Source: a virus (Duplodnaviria > Caudoviricetes). From it: DNA of 64,000 nt. The notes beneath the pieces were generated by a model. That model did not search any database. It had not been told where the DNA came from and saw nothing but the letters and a program-made list of their open reading frames with translations. Shown here piece by piece: positions 28,298 to 38,065 of the stretch. Location: IMG/VR virus record IMGVR_UViG_3300044835_000064, positions 1,154 to 65,153 of that record; one strand, written 5' to 3'. Within the stretch, counting starts at the first letter, position 1; every line of letters begins with the position of its first letter. The position numbers were made by a program, and so were the translations under genes.

Positions 28298-28998
28298 AGA
28301 TTCTTATTTCTATACTTTCGTGCCACCGCTACAACGAGCGGAGAAATGCGCAGCGGGAAACCTGGCTCAGTGAGATTATGAACTTTCCCGTTGACTACCT
28401 CTTTTTCCTTGGTCGAGTGCCGGAGCAACTGGAGCACGGTCCGCGGCCGACCACTGATCAAGTCTTTCTCGACGTGGCCGACGATTACGATTCCTTGCCG
28501 ATGAAGACTCTTGCCATGCTGGCTTGGGCCTACGCCCGCGGCTACGAATACGTTTTTAAATGTGACGATGACACGTATTGCCGGGTAGAACGACTGCTCG
28601 CTTCCGGCTTCGAGAATCACGACTACTCAGGCTTTCAGAAGATGTCGCCGTACTTTGGCAAGCCGGGCGTGGAATTTGCGCAGGGCGGGGCAGGGTACTG
28701 GCTCAGTCGCAGGGCGATATCCATCGTGTTGCGGGAAGAAGAAGCCAAGCGGCCAGCGGTCATCACGTTCCTTCTGAACGGCGGCCCGGAAGATATCAAT
28801 GTGGCGCGCATCCTGAAAGCAGCGCATGTCCTGCTCTTCGACGACCAGCGCTATTGCCCCACAGTGGATTTCTGTCCGCGACCGGATAACGACTTCATCA
28901 CCGCGCACAAATGCTCGGTGGACGAGATGCGAGAGATGCACCGCGCCTTTTCCGTAGATGATTTGGGTGCTTCACGCCGAGATGCCACAATCTCCTGA
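28294..28998 (+). CDS. GT31-like glycosyltransferase; probable ATA start at 28294
   Basis: KILISILSCH..AQRETWL, YEYVFKCDDDTY, AQGGAGYWLS, EDINVA. Confidence 0.88.
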   Translation: MKILISILSCHRYNERRNAQRETWLSEIMNFPVDYLFFLGRVPEQLEHGPRPTTDQVFLDVADDYDSLPMKTLAMLAWAYARGYEYVFKCDDDTYCRVERLLASGFENHDYSGFQKMSPYFGKPGVEFAQGGAGYWLSRRAISIVLREEEAKRPAVITFLLNGGPEDINVARILKAAHVLLFDDQRYCPTVDFCPRPDNDFITAHKCSVDEMREMHRAFSVDDLGASRRDATIS

Positions 28999-29111
28999 AG
29001 GTTCCGGATTACGAAACTTAGGCATTCAGGTTATGGCCATCGCTTATCCGCCGGAAGTTTCATCCCGATAGGGCTTTCGCCCATTTAGAAGCACCGGCAC
29101 AAGTCTAACTC

Positions 29112-29525
29112 ATGGCAAAACTGAAATCAGCGAATACGGTCTCCGCGACCGCAACTCTCAACCTGCGCACCACTGAAGCCTTGTTCTACGTCAAGGAAGC
29201 TCTCTTTGAGGCGACGGAAGAGGTGATTGGCTTTGACACGGTAGCCACAGCACAAGCGTTATGCCCGATACTAACGAAGGCGACGGCAGAGCGTTTTCCC
29301 GGCGAATTAAGGGATTCGATCGACAGCAAAGTCACGAAGGTCAAGGCGGGCGTGCGAGCCAAACTTACTACCTCGGTAGGGTACGGTGGATTCGTCGAAC
29401 TCGGGACGAAGAATATGGCGGCAGAACCTTTCCTCTGGCCCGCCTTTGAGCAGAACATCCAGAAGCTTCCAGCGGCAGTGCAGGCCGCTCTCCTCAATTT
29501 CGTGACGCCGACGGGAAAAGTTTAA
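29112..29525 (+). CDS. HK97 gp10-like neck protein
   Basis: G.LRDSI, Y..FVELGT..M.AEPFLWPAF. Confidence 0.88.
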   Translation: MAKLKSANTVSATATLNLRTTEALFYVKEALFEATEEVIGFDTVATAQALCPILTKATAERFPGELRDSIDSKVTKVKAGVRAKLTTSVGYGGFVELGTKNMAAEPFLWPAFEQNIQKLPAAVQAALLNFVTPTGKV

Positions 29526-29948
29526 GTGGTCGATGCGGCTGTTCTGGTACGCCAGTTTCTCTTGAACCAGCCGCTCGTCCTCGCATTCCTTGGGACAAAC
29601 ACGAACCAGTCCATCTACGCTGCTGCCGACTTGCCGGAGCATTTCAATCCCAAACTTGGCCCCGGCATTCAGATCTTCCGCTCCGGTGGATCCTCCCACT
29701 CCGAGATTCTGGTGCTGGTCAACGCGCGCGTGCAGGTCCGAGTATGGGCCGATCAGGAGCAATACCAAGTTGCCGCCGACGTATACAGCGCAATCAACGA
29801 CACGTTGCACGGGGCAACCAACATCGTCCTCCCGGATGGAGTGATGATGAGCGCCCTTGAAACCATGGGGCCACAGGAAATGACCGACCCGGATACAGGC
29901 TGGGCTGCGGTCAACAGTTTTTACGCCGTGATGGCGCGGCCGAACTAA
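29526..29948 (+). CDS. Tail terminator (completion) protein
   Basis: Position; RVQVRVWA motif. Confidence 0.7.
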   Translation: MVDAAVLVRQFLLNQPLVLAFLGTNTNQSIYAAADLPEHFNPKLGPGIQIFRSGGSSHSEILVLVNARVQVRVWADQEQYQVAADVYSAINDTLHGATNIVLPDGVMMSALETMGPQEMTDPDTGWAAVNSFYAVMARPN

Positions 29949-29988
29949 CACCCTCTAGGCGACTAGAGAGAATAAGGAGAAATACAGT

Positions 29989-30543
29989 ATGCCAATCACA
30001 CTAACCGGAAACACTGCTGACATTACGATTGGTTCGGCCGCACTTTACGTCGCACCCGTCGGAATTGCTATCCCAACTTTAACCGGCAACGAATCAGACT
30101 TTGCCGCCTTTACGAAGCCCGGCTACACGAATGACGGCATTGAGTGGGACTATCAAGCCACGTTCTACGACATCAAGGTTGATGAGGTTTTGGGCATTGT
30201 CAAAAAGAAACTGATCAGCCATAAACTCACCATGACCACGAAACTCTCTCAGGCCAATCTGCAGAACCTGGCACTAGCCTGCGCGGGTGCCACCTTCAAT
30301 GGAACGGATACGGTTACCTTCGGCTCCGTGGAAGATCCCCCGGAATACGTGATCGGCTTTATCGGCGAGGCGCCGAGCGGCAAGACGCGCTTCGGTCTCG
30401 TCTATCGCAGCGTGTCCATGGGAGCTTCGAAGATTCACTACCACAAAAAGACAGAGATCACTTACGGCCTGTCACTGGAAGCGATGGTTGATTCCACGCA
30501 GCTTGTGCCCGCCGCCGATCTCGCCACCTACCGAGATTTCTAA
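29989..30543 (+). CDS. Major tail (tube) protein
   Basis: Strong RBS; G.A.LYVAP.G, GYT.DG; position. Confidence 0.8.
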   Translation: MPITLTGNTADITIGSAALYVAPVGIAIPTLTGNESDFAAFTKPGYTNDGIEWDYQATFYDIKVDEVLGIVKKKLISHKLTMTTKLSQANLQNLALACAGATFNGTDTVTFGSVEDPPEYVIGFIGEAPSGKTRFGLVYRSVSMGASKIHYHKKTEITYGLSLEAMVDSTQLVPAADLATYRDF

Positions 30544-30612
30544 GCTGTAATTCCGCACAAACCTTTCCATTTCACAATTCACAACCCCAACAACTCAAAA
30601 GGAGAAAACACT

Positions 30613-31071
30613 ATGTTTCGCATACTTGCGATGTACCTCAAGCTCGTTGCTTCGATGACGATCTTCAATACCTTGGTCACACACACCTGGAAGAATACGG
30701 TTACGGTTCCGGGACTCACCGCTCTGCCGGCCGACGCGCCGGTGCTCGTTACTGGCGATTATGCGGTTGAAGTTGAACAAGCCGTTGCAGCCGGAGCCAC
30801 GAACGTTGAAATCGATGTGGGCACTATCGATAGAACCAAGATTGTCTCAATCGTCATCAACGCCGATTTAGTGGCGATGGATGTCTACACGAACGATGCG
30901 GGCGGAAGCTCCGGGCAGCACTTTGCTCTGGCAGCCAACAAGTCCGTGGCGTGGAATAACCAGATTCCAAACCAGACGAACCCGATCACGACCAGCATTA
31001 CGAAGTTCTTCGCCAACAACGCGGCCGTCAAGGCAGGCGTCTTGCGCGTCGGCATCCTGCTCAATTCCTAA
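30613..31071 (+). CDS. Putative tail-associated structural protein
   Basis: Strong RBS; beta-rich; before terminator. Confidence 0.55.
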   Translation: MFRILAMYLKLVASMTIFNTLVTHTWKNTVTVPGLTALPADAPVLVTGDYAVEVEQAVAAGATNVEIDVGTIDRTKIVSIVINADLVAMDVYTNDAGGSSGQHFALAANKSVAWNNQIPNQTNPITTSITKFFANNAAVKAGVLRVGILLNS

Positions 31072-31115
31072 CTTTTTCTCGACTCCGGTTTTCTCCTGGA
31101 GTTTGGGGATCAACG

Positions 31116-31146
31116 AAAAGGGGCGGGCATTGTCTCGCCCTTTTTC
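31116..31146 (+). terminator. Intrinsic terminator (possibly bidirectional)
   Basis: AAAAGGGGCGGGCA-TTG-TCTCGCCCTTTTT. Confidence 0.65.
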
Positions 31147-31173
31147 CTTTCACTTTCAAAGAGGTTTATTACC

Positions 31174-31599
31174 ATGGAAAAACGTACTGAGTCCGATATC
31201 CTCGCCAAAGCTCCCATCAAAGTTAAGCTTGGCGATAAAGACTACAAGATTCCTGTGCTTACTGTGCTGCCCTCGCGGGAGTGGCGCATTTCGCTCAACA
31301 CCGAACTCTCGGGACTAACGGGAAGTTTCAAAGTAGTCGAAGCGGCCGATTCGAATGCAGTCGCAAGCGGCATGACCTTCGCCTTGATTCAGTTCCCGGA
31401 AAAGGTAGCCGATCTCGTGTTTCTCTACGCGGGTGAGGTTCTGCCGAAAGATGAAGTTCTTGCCAACGCGACCGAAGAGCAGATCGCCGCAGCCTTCTCG
31501 GCAGTCATGCAGGTTGCTTACCCTTTCTTGCCCCAGCTTGCGATGGCGACACAAGTGATGAGGGCGAACCCGCTAGCGTCGCCGAAATTTACGAACTAG
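31174..31599 (+). CDS. Tail assembly chaperone (gpG-like)
   Basis: Between tail tube and tape measure; contains slippery site. Confidence 0.8.
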   Translation: MEKRTESDILAKAPIKVKLGDKDYKIPVLTVLPSREWRISLNTELSGLTGSFKVVEAADSNAVASGMTFALIQFPEKVADLVFLYAGEVLPKDEVLANATEEQIAAAFSAVMQVAYPFLPQLAMATQVMRANPLASPKFTN

Positions 31600-31808
31600 C
31601 ACTGACAGAGTGGCACGTCACCCCGGAATACATCAACCTGCACTGGACAGAAGAGTTGATGGCGCTTGTCTTCCGCAAACGCAATCAGAGGATTCGGCGA
31701 TCGCTGGACGCTTCACGGCAAGCCGAGTCTGGTTCCGGCGGAAAAGTTAGCGATCTGGAGCTATTCAGGACAATGGGACTGCCAGTACAGGAAGAGGGGA
31801 TAGCTTAG
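31521..31808 (+). CDS. -1 frameshift extension of the tail chaperone (gpGT-like)
   Basis: C CCT TTC heptamer at 31521-31527; -1 frame open to TAG 31808, encoding ...EWHVTPEYINLHWTEEL... Confidence 0.8.
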   Translation, partial: PFLAPACDGDTSDEGEPASVAEIYELALTEWHVTPEYINLHWTEELMALVFRKRNQRIRRSLDASRQAESGSGGKVSDLELFRTMGLPVQEEGIA

Positions 31809-32217
31809 TGAGGACGATCACCGCACCTAGATATTTATCTGGGCTTCCGATGTGGACGATAAAGCCGCTCCAATGCTCACCCTTTTGAATGCATTTGAAG
31901 ATAGTTTTACCGAGTTCGGCTTCTAGGTAACCGAGTTGATGGCCGTTTTCTAGATTTACGGAAATCGCGGTTCGCGAGACAGGATTTTCTACTTCCCATT
32001 TCAGGATCAGCGGATCGAGCGGTTTGCAAGTGGCTAGGGAGTCTTGCCGCGAACTGCCGTCTAAGTTTGCAAAGCTCACTCCTGCGATGCGCGCGAAGAT
32101 GTGGCTCTTGACCTCTTTATGGTTTCTCAGCCACAACTCGGCTACCTCATCTGTTTCCGCGTAGGCGTGGTGACTCTCGATTTTTTTGAAGTGAATGATC
32201 TCGGCACATTCGGACAT
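31765..32217 (-). CDS. HIRAN domain protein
   Basis: IAGVSF.N...RQ, L.L.WE.ENP....AI.V...GHQLGYL. Confidence 0.8.
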   Translation of the reverse strand: MSECAEIIHFKKIESHHAYAETDEVAELWLRNHKEVKSHIFARIAGVSFANLDGSSRQDSLATCKPLDPLILKWEVENPVSRTAISVNLENGHQLGYLEAELGKTIFKCIQKGEHWSGFIVHIGSPDKYLGAVIVLTKLSPLPVLAVPLS

Positions 32218-32221
32218 TGGT

Positions 32222-32413
32222 TTAATTCCTTGCCAGTGCCACGATAATGAAGAGGGCTAGCGGTAGCAGTACAGCAATTATCCACATGTGCTTAACGATA
32301 TGACTTGCATCTTCTCGTGCACATTGCGCGATGTGGTGCGCGTCGGCAGAAATTCTATCTCCCGTTCGCCTAACTTCTTGAGTCAGTGCTATCGGAACCG
32401 CATTCGTTGTCAT
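32222..32413 (-). CDS. Small membrane protein
   Basis: C-terminal hydrophobic helix; co-oriented with HIRAN gene. Confidence 0.55.
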   Translation of the reverse strand: MTTNAVPIALTQEVRRTGDRISADAHHIAQCAREDASHIVKHMWIIAVLLPLALFIIVALARN

Positions 32414-32492
32414 GGTCCGGCATGCTATCTCACCTTTATAACTCTTTCAATCACTTAGTTATGTGCAATAGAACCCTACAGATAGGATCGCT

Positions 32493-35243
32493 ATGAGTCT
32501 GTCAATAGGAGACGCGACTCTTACCTTTCTCGGCGACATAACCCAGCTCGATCAAGTGTTCGCCGAAATTCCGGCTAAGACGGAAGCCTCCATGGCCGCT
32601 GCTACCGGCAGCGTCGGGCAGTTAGGCACAGCGGTGCAAGGCATCAACTTTGAACTGGATGCCACGGCTTCAAACGCTCCTTATGCCGGTGGACAAATCA
32701 AAGAGGCCATGGACGTTGCCGGAGAATCTACGGCACAGGCTCGCGGCGAAATAGTCTTAATAGGTGATTTGATCGGCGTTAAATTACCCCGTCACATTGT
32801 TAGTTTCCTAGCCGAACTTCCTGGTGTCGGCTCATTGCTCAGCGCCGCATTCGCGGCAACGGCGGTGGTGTTTCTGGTGGACATGGTAGCGAAAGCCATC
32901 GACAAACATGAGCAGATGGCAAAAGCCCTAGAGAAAAGTGCGCTTGCTACCGAAAACGTGACCATTAAAGAGCGCGACCATACCGCAAGCTTGGAACTCT
33001 CCAATCTTAAACTCGATGACCAGATTGCAAAACTAGAAGGTCGTCCTGATAAAAACAGACTACAAGAGGCACTGCTCGAAACTGGCAAGGCAGCAGACGA
33101 GTTAGCCACAGCATTCGGCAAGGATTTCGAGCAAGTGGACGAGGCAATCATTAAAACCACCTCGTTCTTTGGGAGATTTTCGCAGGACCTGCATTCGCTC
33201 TGGACTCTTCTCAATGCGAACCCAGAGGCCTTCGCTGGAGCTTGGCATCAGGTTATTAGCGGCACGAAAGATGTAGAAACCGCACTCACTGGAGTTCAGA
33301 AGCAGGTCATCGCAATCAATAAACTCAGAGCTGAACCTGTCGGCAAAAACGAGGAAGATCAAGTCGCTCAGGCGCAGGCGCTTGCGAAAGCTTACGAAAC
33401 TCTGTCGACGAAGACCAAAGACGCGATGAAGGTTGTAGAAACTCAAGCTCCGCACAATACAGAGTTAATAGAAAAACTCTCTGGTGCTGTTGTGTCAGCT
33501 ACCGCAGCTCAAACTGACTTCGGTCTTCAGGCAGAAAACGTCCACAAGAGAGTCCAATTAGCTGCGGATGAAACGGCCGAAGCCGAGCGCAGAGCTTGGG
33601 AGAAAGCAGCTGCCGAAGCAGATAAAGCATTCGAGCATCAGGCCAAGGAGGCAGAGAAGGAGGCCGCGTGGGAAGAGAAAATAAGGACGGAAGCACGCAA
33701 TCAAGCCATCGCCACGCTGGAGCAGACGGAAAAAGAAAAACTGGCCGCAACCCGCGCTGGATCGGATGCTCGTCTCGCGGTTATCAATGCTGCGATGAAG
33801 GAAGAAGAGTCGAAGGGACTTCAGGACACATCGTTCTATAAATCTCTCCAAACTGAGCGCGTTAAGTTTGTGCAGGATCGCGAAGATGCAGAGTTTAAGG
33901 TCATCAACACTGCTGCCGCCGCAAAGTTAAAATTGGAGGAAAAGAGCGCAACAACTGAGCTAGCCGTCATCAGCGAAACCTACAGCCAACAGGAAAAAGC
34001 CGTAACTGAACTGGCCAGTTTCAAATATATTTCGGCTGCGCAAGCGTCCAAACGCCTTGAACTTCTATACACGGAGGAAAATGCAAAACAGCTGTCAGTT
34101 CTAAAAACCCTCCTGAAGCACGAGGAAGACGCCATCAAGGAAGCGCAAAACAAACTATCGGCTGCGCAAAATAATCCGTTCATGTCGCCGCAGCAAATCG
34201 CGGAACTCCAGAAATTATTGGATCAAGCGGTTCAGGCTGAAGAGACTACAAAAACGAAGCTTGCGAACACGAACAAGGCATTTCGAGACAAAGAACTGAC
34301 TCTTGACAAGGGCTATTACGGACAAGCCCTGGCGCTAGCAGTAGCTGGCGGCAACCAACTTCTCGCAGAGCAACTGCGAAACAATCACGGCGCTCTGTTG
34401 GCTGCCGAAATCAAACTGAAAGAAGCAAAAGCGCGCGGCCTAAATACCACAGCCATCGACAAGGAAATTCAGGAACTCAAAAAACTCGACAAGCAACTGG
34501 AGGATGACGCACACAGAGTTGGAGCGGTAAGCATGGCTCTTACCACCTTCAAGGACACGATGAAGGCTGCGTATACGGAAGAAGTAGGAGCCTTCGCCAC
34601 GGCAACCGCAGCCATGATCACTGGCCAAGAATCTTTCGGCAAAGCCATGGAAGCGGCCACGTTCTCGATGATCGGGAAGATGGCGCAGAAGTGGGCTGAG
34701 TATTGCATGGCTCAAGCCGCGTTCGCCTATGCCGGGCAAGATTATGTGCAAGCTGGGGAATACACCGCTGCCGCTGTTCTGTTCGAGGTGCTCAGTGGTG
34801 TGATGTCGGGATTATCCAGCAACGCGAGCAAATCGGGGGGCGCTGCCAAATCCGGCCCTACCACCATCAACACCACTGGCACAACGGCGACAAACACGCC
34901 AGCGGCCGCTCCAGCGCAGGGAATGAACATTCCTCACCTTGAAGGCGGCGGATTGATCACAGCCCCAACCCTTGCAATGCTGGGAGAAGGGAATCGAAGA
35001 GAAGCCGTCCTGCCACTGAATGATTCAAATGCCATGCGGATGATCGGCGAAGCCATCGCCCAACACCTAAACAATAACAACTCCGGCAGCGGCGGTGGAG
35101 GTGGGGACACCATCTTCAACATCAAGGGCATGGTATCCAGCGATACAGTCGGAAAACTAATGCGAAAAATTACCCATCAAGTGAATACCGGACGCGGACG
35201 AATGACCGGCACCAACACGCACAAGATCACCCGCAGAGCCTAA
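32493..35243 (+). CDS. Tape measure protein
   Basis: 916 aa Ala/Glu/Lys-rich helical; GG.IT.PTLAMLGE...EAVLPL near C-terminus. Confidence 0.9.
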   Translation: MSLSIGDATLTFLGDITQLDQVFAEIPAKTEASMAAATGSVGQLGTAVQGINFELDATASNAPYAGGQIKEAMDVAGESTAQARGEIVLIGDLIGVKLPRHIVSFLAELPGVGSLLSAAFAATAVVFLVDMVAKAIDKHEQMAKALEKSALATENVTIKERDHTASLELSNLKLDDQIAKLEGRPDKNRLQEALLETGKAADELATAFGKDFEQVDEAIIKTTSFFGRFSQDLHSLWTLLNANPEAFAGAWHQVISGTKDVETALTGVQKQVIAINKLRAEPVGKNEEDQVAQAQALAKAYETLSTKTKDAMKVVETQAPHNTELIEKLSGAVVSATAAQTDFGLQAENVHKRVQLAADETAEAERRAWEKAAAEADKAFEHQAKEAEKEAAWEEKIRTEARNQAIATLEQTEKEKLAATRAGSDARLAVINAAMKEEESKGLQDTSFYKSLQTERVKFVQDREDAEFKVINTAAAAKLKLEEKSATTELAVISETYSQQEKAVTELASFKYISAAQASKRLELLYTEENAKQLSVLKTLLKHEEDAIKEAQNKLSAAQNNPFMSPQQIAELQKLLDQAVQAEETTKTKLANTNKAFRDKELTLDKGYYGQALALAVAGGNQLLAEQLRNNHGALLAAEIKLKEAKARGLNTTAIDKEIQELKKLDKQLEDDAHRVGAVSMALTTFKDTMKAAYTEEVGAFATATAAMITGQESFGKAMEAATFSMIGKMAQKWAEYCMAQAAFAYAGQDYVQAGEYTAAAVLFEVLSGVMSGLSSNASKSGGAAKSGPTTINTTGTTATNTPAAAPAQGMNIPHLEGGGLITAPTLAMLGEGNRREAVLPLNDSNAMRMIGEAIAQHLNNNNSGSGGGGGDTIFNIKGMVSSDTVGKLMRKITHQVNTGRGRMTGTNTHKITRRA

Positions 35244-35648
35244 ATGCTACTTCCACAGATCCTCTATGACCCCACGGGAACGGGTGTCCCTATCACCTTG
35301 TCCTTCACTTATCCGCCGGTCAATAAACCCTTGCTCGATGACCGCGAAGCCACGCGGCACGACTCGTTCACCTCGTCAGGTCTTCGCCAATCAGCACTCG
35401 AGCGCGTTGACATCATCAAGAATCTGCAAATGGAGAATGTGCCGTGGTCCGATCTACCAGCCTGGGCGACTTTCATTGACTACGCGATTCAAGGCGGAGA
35501 ATTTTCTTACTATCTCGATGCTACGCAGACGGCGTTTCAGACGTTCCAGTTAGTAGATTCAAACTTTAAGCCCAGCTTCAGCGTGCGCGGCCTCTCGAAA
35601 TTCACGCTTGTACTTCGTCTCGTTCCACTGGGAGCGTTCTCTTTATGA
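35244..35648 (+). CDS. Distal tail protein (putative)
   Basis: Directly follows tape measure; size. Confidence 0.65.
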   Translation: MLLPQILYDPTGTGVPITLSFTYPPVNKPLLDDREATRHDSFTSSGLRQSALERVDIIKNLQMENVPWSDLPAWATFIDYAIQGGEFSYYLDATQTAFQTFQLVDSNFKPSFSVRGLSKFTLVLRLVPLGAFSL

Positions 35649-35821
35649 TCGTAGCCTCTGAAGCCTTCAACGCAGCCAACACCAAACTCGTGAAGAAACC
35701 TATCTACATCATTGAAATCGATGGCTATCAATACGCGTTCAGCAATGGCGTGGAAGATGAAACCGGCGTGATGCACTTCATTCAAAACCTTCGAAATGCC
35801 AACAGCGTAGGACAAGAATGA
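35645..35821 (+). CDS. 58-aa ORF, probable detached N-terminus of the tail hub protein
   Basis: MIVASEAFNAANTKLVKKPIYIIEIDGYQYAFSN...; ATGA overlaps at both ends. Confidence 0.6.
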   Translation: MIVASEAFNAANTKLVKKPIYIIEIDGYQYAFSNGVEDETGVMHFIQNLRNANSVGQE

Positions 35822-38034
35822 GTTTCCGCCAGAAAGCACACGGGACGAGTAGCGCGACGTTTGCCGTTCCTACGCTCGCGGGAAACACGATTGTTGCGCT
35901 CGTCGCATTGGAAGGAGGAGGTACTCCCACTGTCACAGACGACAAAGGGAATGACTATCTCAGCTTGGGAAGTACGTATGGATTCTCAAGCGCACGATCC
36001 ACGGATATCCTCTTTACTGATTCTCCGATTCCGGCTACGGGTGGAGTCACCGTTGTCACTAATGCGTCTTATGGTGCGGGGAATTTCATCTGGATTTTTG
36101 AAATTGATTGCAGTGTCGTCACAGCATCTCCAAATTTCTTAACTCCTAATGACGTTTGGGGTAAAGTCCACGATCAAGGTCCGTCCTCATCTCTCGTCGG
36201 CCCCAGTCTCGTCGATATCGGAACCGACTTTAATCCTCCGACAACAACGAATGATTTCTGTCTTGCCATCGCTGGGGCGGATTCCGAGACAATCTCCGCA
36301 GTTGACTCACCGTGGACGCTTGACACGGTGCAGGGAAATTATGCCGTCGCTTACCGTGATGCTGCGATCGGACCGAGCCCTGTTCCGACGTTCACCGCTT
36401 CCGGGAGCACGACCTATTGCGTATCCTCGCTCTATGTAGCATCTGGTGTTTCCGCTCCTCCCGGACCCGGAAATATCATCGTCCACAAGGCTACATCTCC
36501 TTCTGGCTCGCCCGGAACCTTCGTTTTCAGGCCAAGCTGGGGACCGCCTTTTACTCTCATTGACGGCGGATCGCATGACAGCGGCCCGCTTGTCGCCGGA
36601 AGCTACCATGTCACAGAGACTCCCTTTACCGGATGGGATATCACTACCAGCCAAGATCCGACTGCAATCGTCGTTACTGACGGAACAACCGTCAACATCA
36701 CATTCACTAATACCGTATCCGCAGTTACGGGCGGCGGCGGCGGCGGATTCACTGGTGGAGAAACTGTTCAGCCTTGGCTCGTCTCCATCGAAGATCATTT
36801 GCTGACCATTAATGATCTGGACGGCGATGCCGATCTCGCCGACATGATCTTCAATGTTCAGGATCGCCTCCCGCCCGGAGGAACAACCGGGCTCATTACG
36901 GCGGACTTTCCAACCTTTGTATTTGAAGGGAAGCGGATGCGAGTATTGGCTGGCTTCGACGGCATGGATCGGACGGACTTCGTGACTCTCTTCACCGGCA
37001 CCGTTGACGCTATCGAATCGGCTAACGGCAACATGGAGTACGTCTTTACCTGTCCCGATGTGAGGCAGGAGTTAACTCGTACCATCTACACCGTTGGCGA
37101 CGACGGATTTCCTACTGATTCAAACCATCCGCGCACGCTCAACGGTCATCCTCTCGATATCCTACTCAACGCGTTGACGAATGAAGTTGGAATCGCAGCC
37201 GTCGACATCGCCAAAATCGAGCAATACCGCGACACCGTTTACAACGGGGTGCAGTTTGAGTTTAAGATCACTTCGCCTCCGGTGGCCAAAGACTTCATCG
37301 CTAACGAACTAATGAAACCTCTCGGAGCCTACATCTGGCCGAACAATCTCGGCGAGATCACGGTCAACTTCTATTACCCGCTCTCCATTATCCCAGTCAC
37401 TGATTTCAACCGCGACAACTTGATCGAGATTCCCGAATCCGGTCCCGCTGACCTGATCAATGAAGTCAGCATCCGTCTTGACTATGACTCCTCGGACAGT
37501 CCGCTCACGGAGATCGTGCGCGAGGATGCGGCGAGCGTGGCCAAGTTCGGACTCTACGGCAACCACATCATCGAGTCAAAAGGTCTGCGCTCGGGATTGC
37601 AGGGCATCTTCCTCGGCGCTTTGACGGCATGGCTGATCTTCCTGCGCTACGGCTTCAAGCAACTTATGTTCGGTTCCAGCAACAGCGGCAATGGCAATGC
37701 CAATCCGATCAACGCTCTCTGGAGTCAGTGTCTGGTGGAACCGGGCGACATCGCTACCATGACCCATCCCCAGGTTCCCGATAGAAATGCGGGCGTGATG
37801 GGCGTGGTCGGGAAAACTTTCACGGTCATGGATCGGCAGTGGCAATTCTTTCCCTGCCTCGTGCAGCTGAAACTCCTCGAAACCGACCTCTCTCCATTTA
37901 AGCAGTACCTGATCGCACCGAATGGGGAACCCGTGTATACCTCTGCTCCAGTTACGGATCAGGACACGTTAATGTTTCTCGCCGGTGATGACGATCAGTA
38001 CTTGAACGGCAATCCCGGAAACACGCTCTCCTAG
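35818..38034 (+). CDS. Tail hub/tip protein with extra N-terminal beta domains
   Basis: Position; Ig-like IIVHKAT..F.F...GSYHVTE..GW...ITFTN; hub-like C-terminal half. Confidence 0.7.
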   Translation: MSFRQKAHGTSSATFAVPTLAGNTIVALVALEGGGTPTVTDDKGNDYLSLGSTYGFSSARSTDILFTDSPIPATGGVTVVTNASYGAGNFIWIFEIDCSVVTASPNFLTPNDVWGKVHDQGPSSSLVGPSLVDIGTDFNPPTTTNDFCLAIAGADSETISAVDSPWTLDTVQGNYAVAYRDAAIGPSPVPTFTASGSTTYCVSSLYVASGVSAPPGPGNIIVHKATSPSGSPGTFVFRPSWGPPFTLIDGGSHDSGPLVAGSYHVTETPFTGWDITTSQDPTAIVVTDGTTVNITFTNTVSAVTGGGGGGFTGGETVQPWLVSIEDHLLTINDLDGDADLADMIFNVQDRLPPGGTTGLITADFPTFVFEGKRMRVLAGFDGMDRTDFVTLFTGTVDAIESANGNMEYVFTCPDVRQELTRTIYTVGDDGFPTDSNHPRTLNGHPLDILLNALTNEVGIAAVDIAKIEQYRDTVYNGVQFEFKITSPPVAKDFIANELMKPLGAYIWPNNLGEITVNFYYPLSIIPVTDFNRDNLIEIPESGPADLINEVSIRLDYDSSDSPLTEIVREDAASVAKFGLYGNHIIESKGLRSGLQGIFLGALTAWLIFLRYGFKQLMFGSSNSGNGNANPINALWSQCLVEPGDIATMTHPQVPDRNAGVMGVVGKTFTVMDRQWQFFPCLVQLKLLETDLSPFKQYLIAPNGEPVYTSAPVTDQDTLMFLAGDDDQYLNGNPGNTLS

Positions 38035-38065
38035 TTGCTCCTAGACTTTTCTAGTCGTACCCCGC

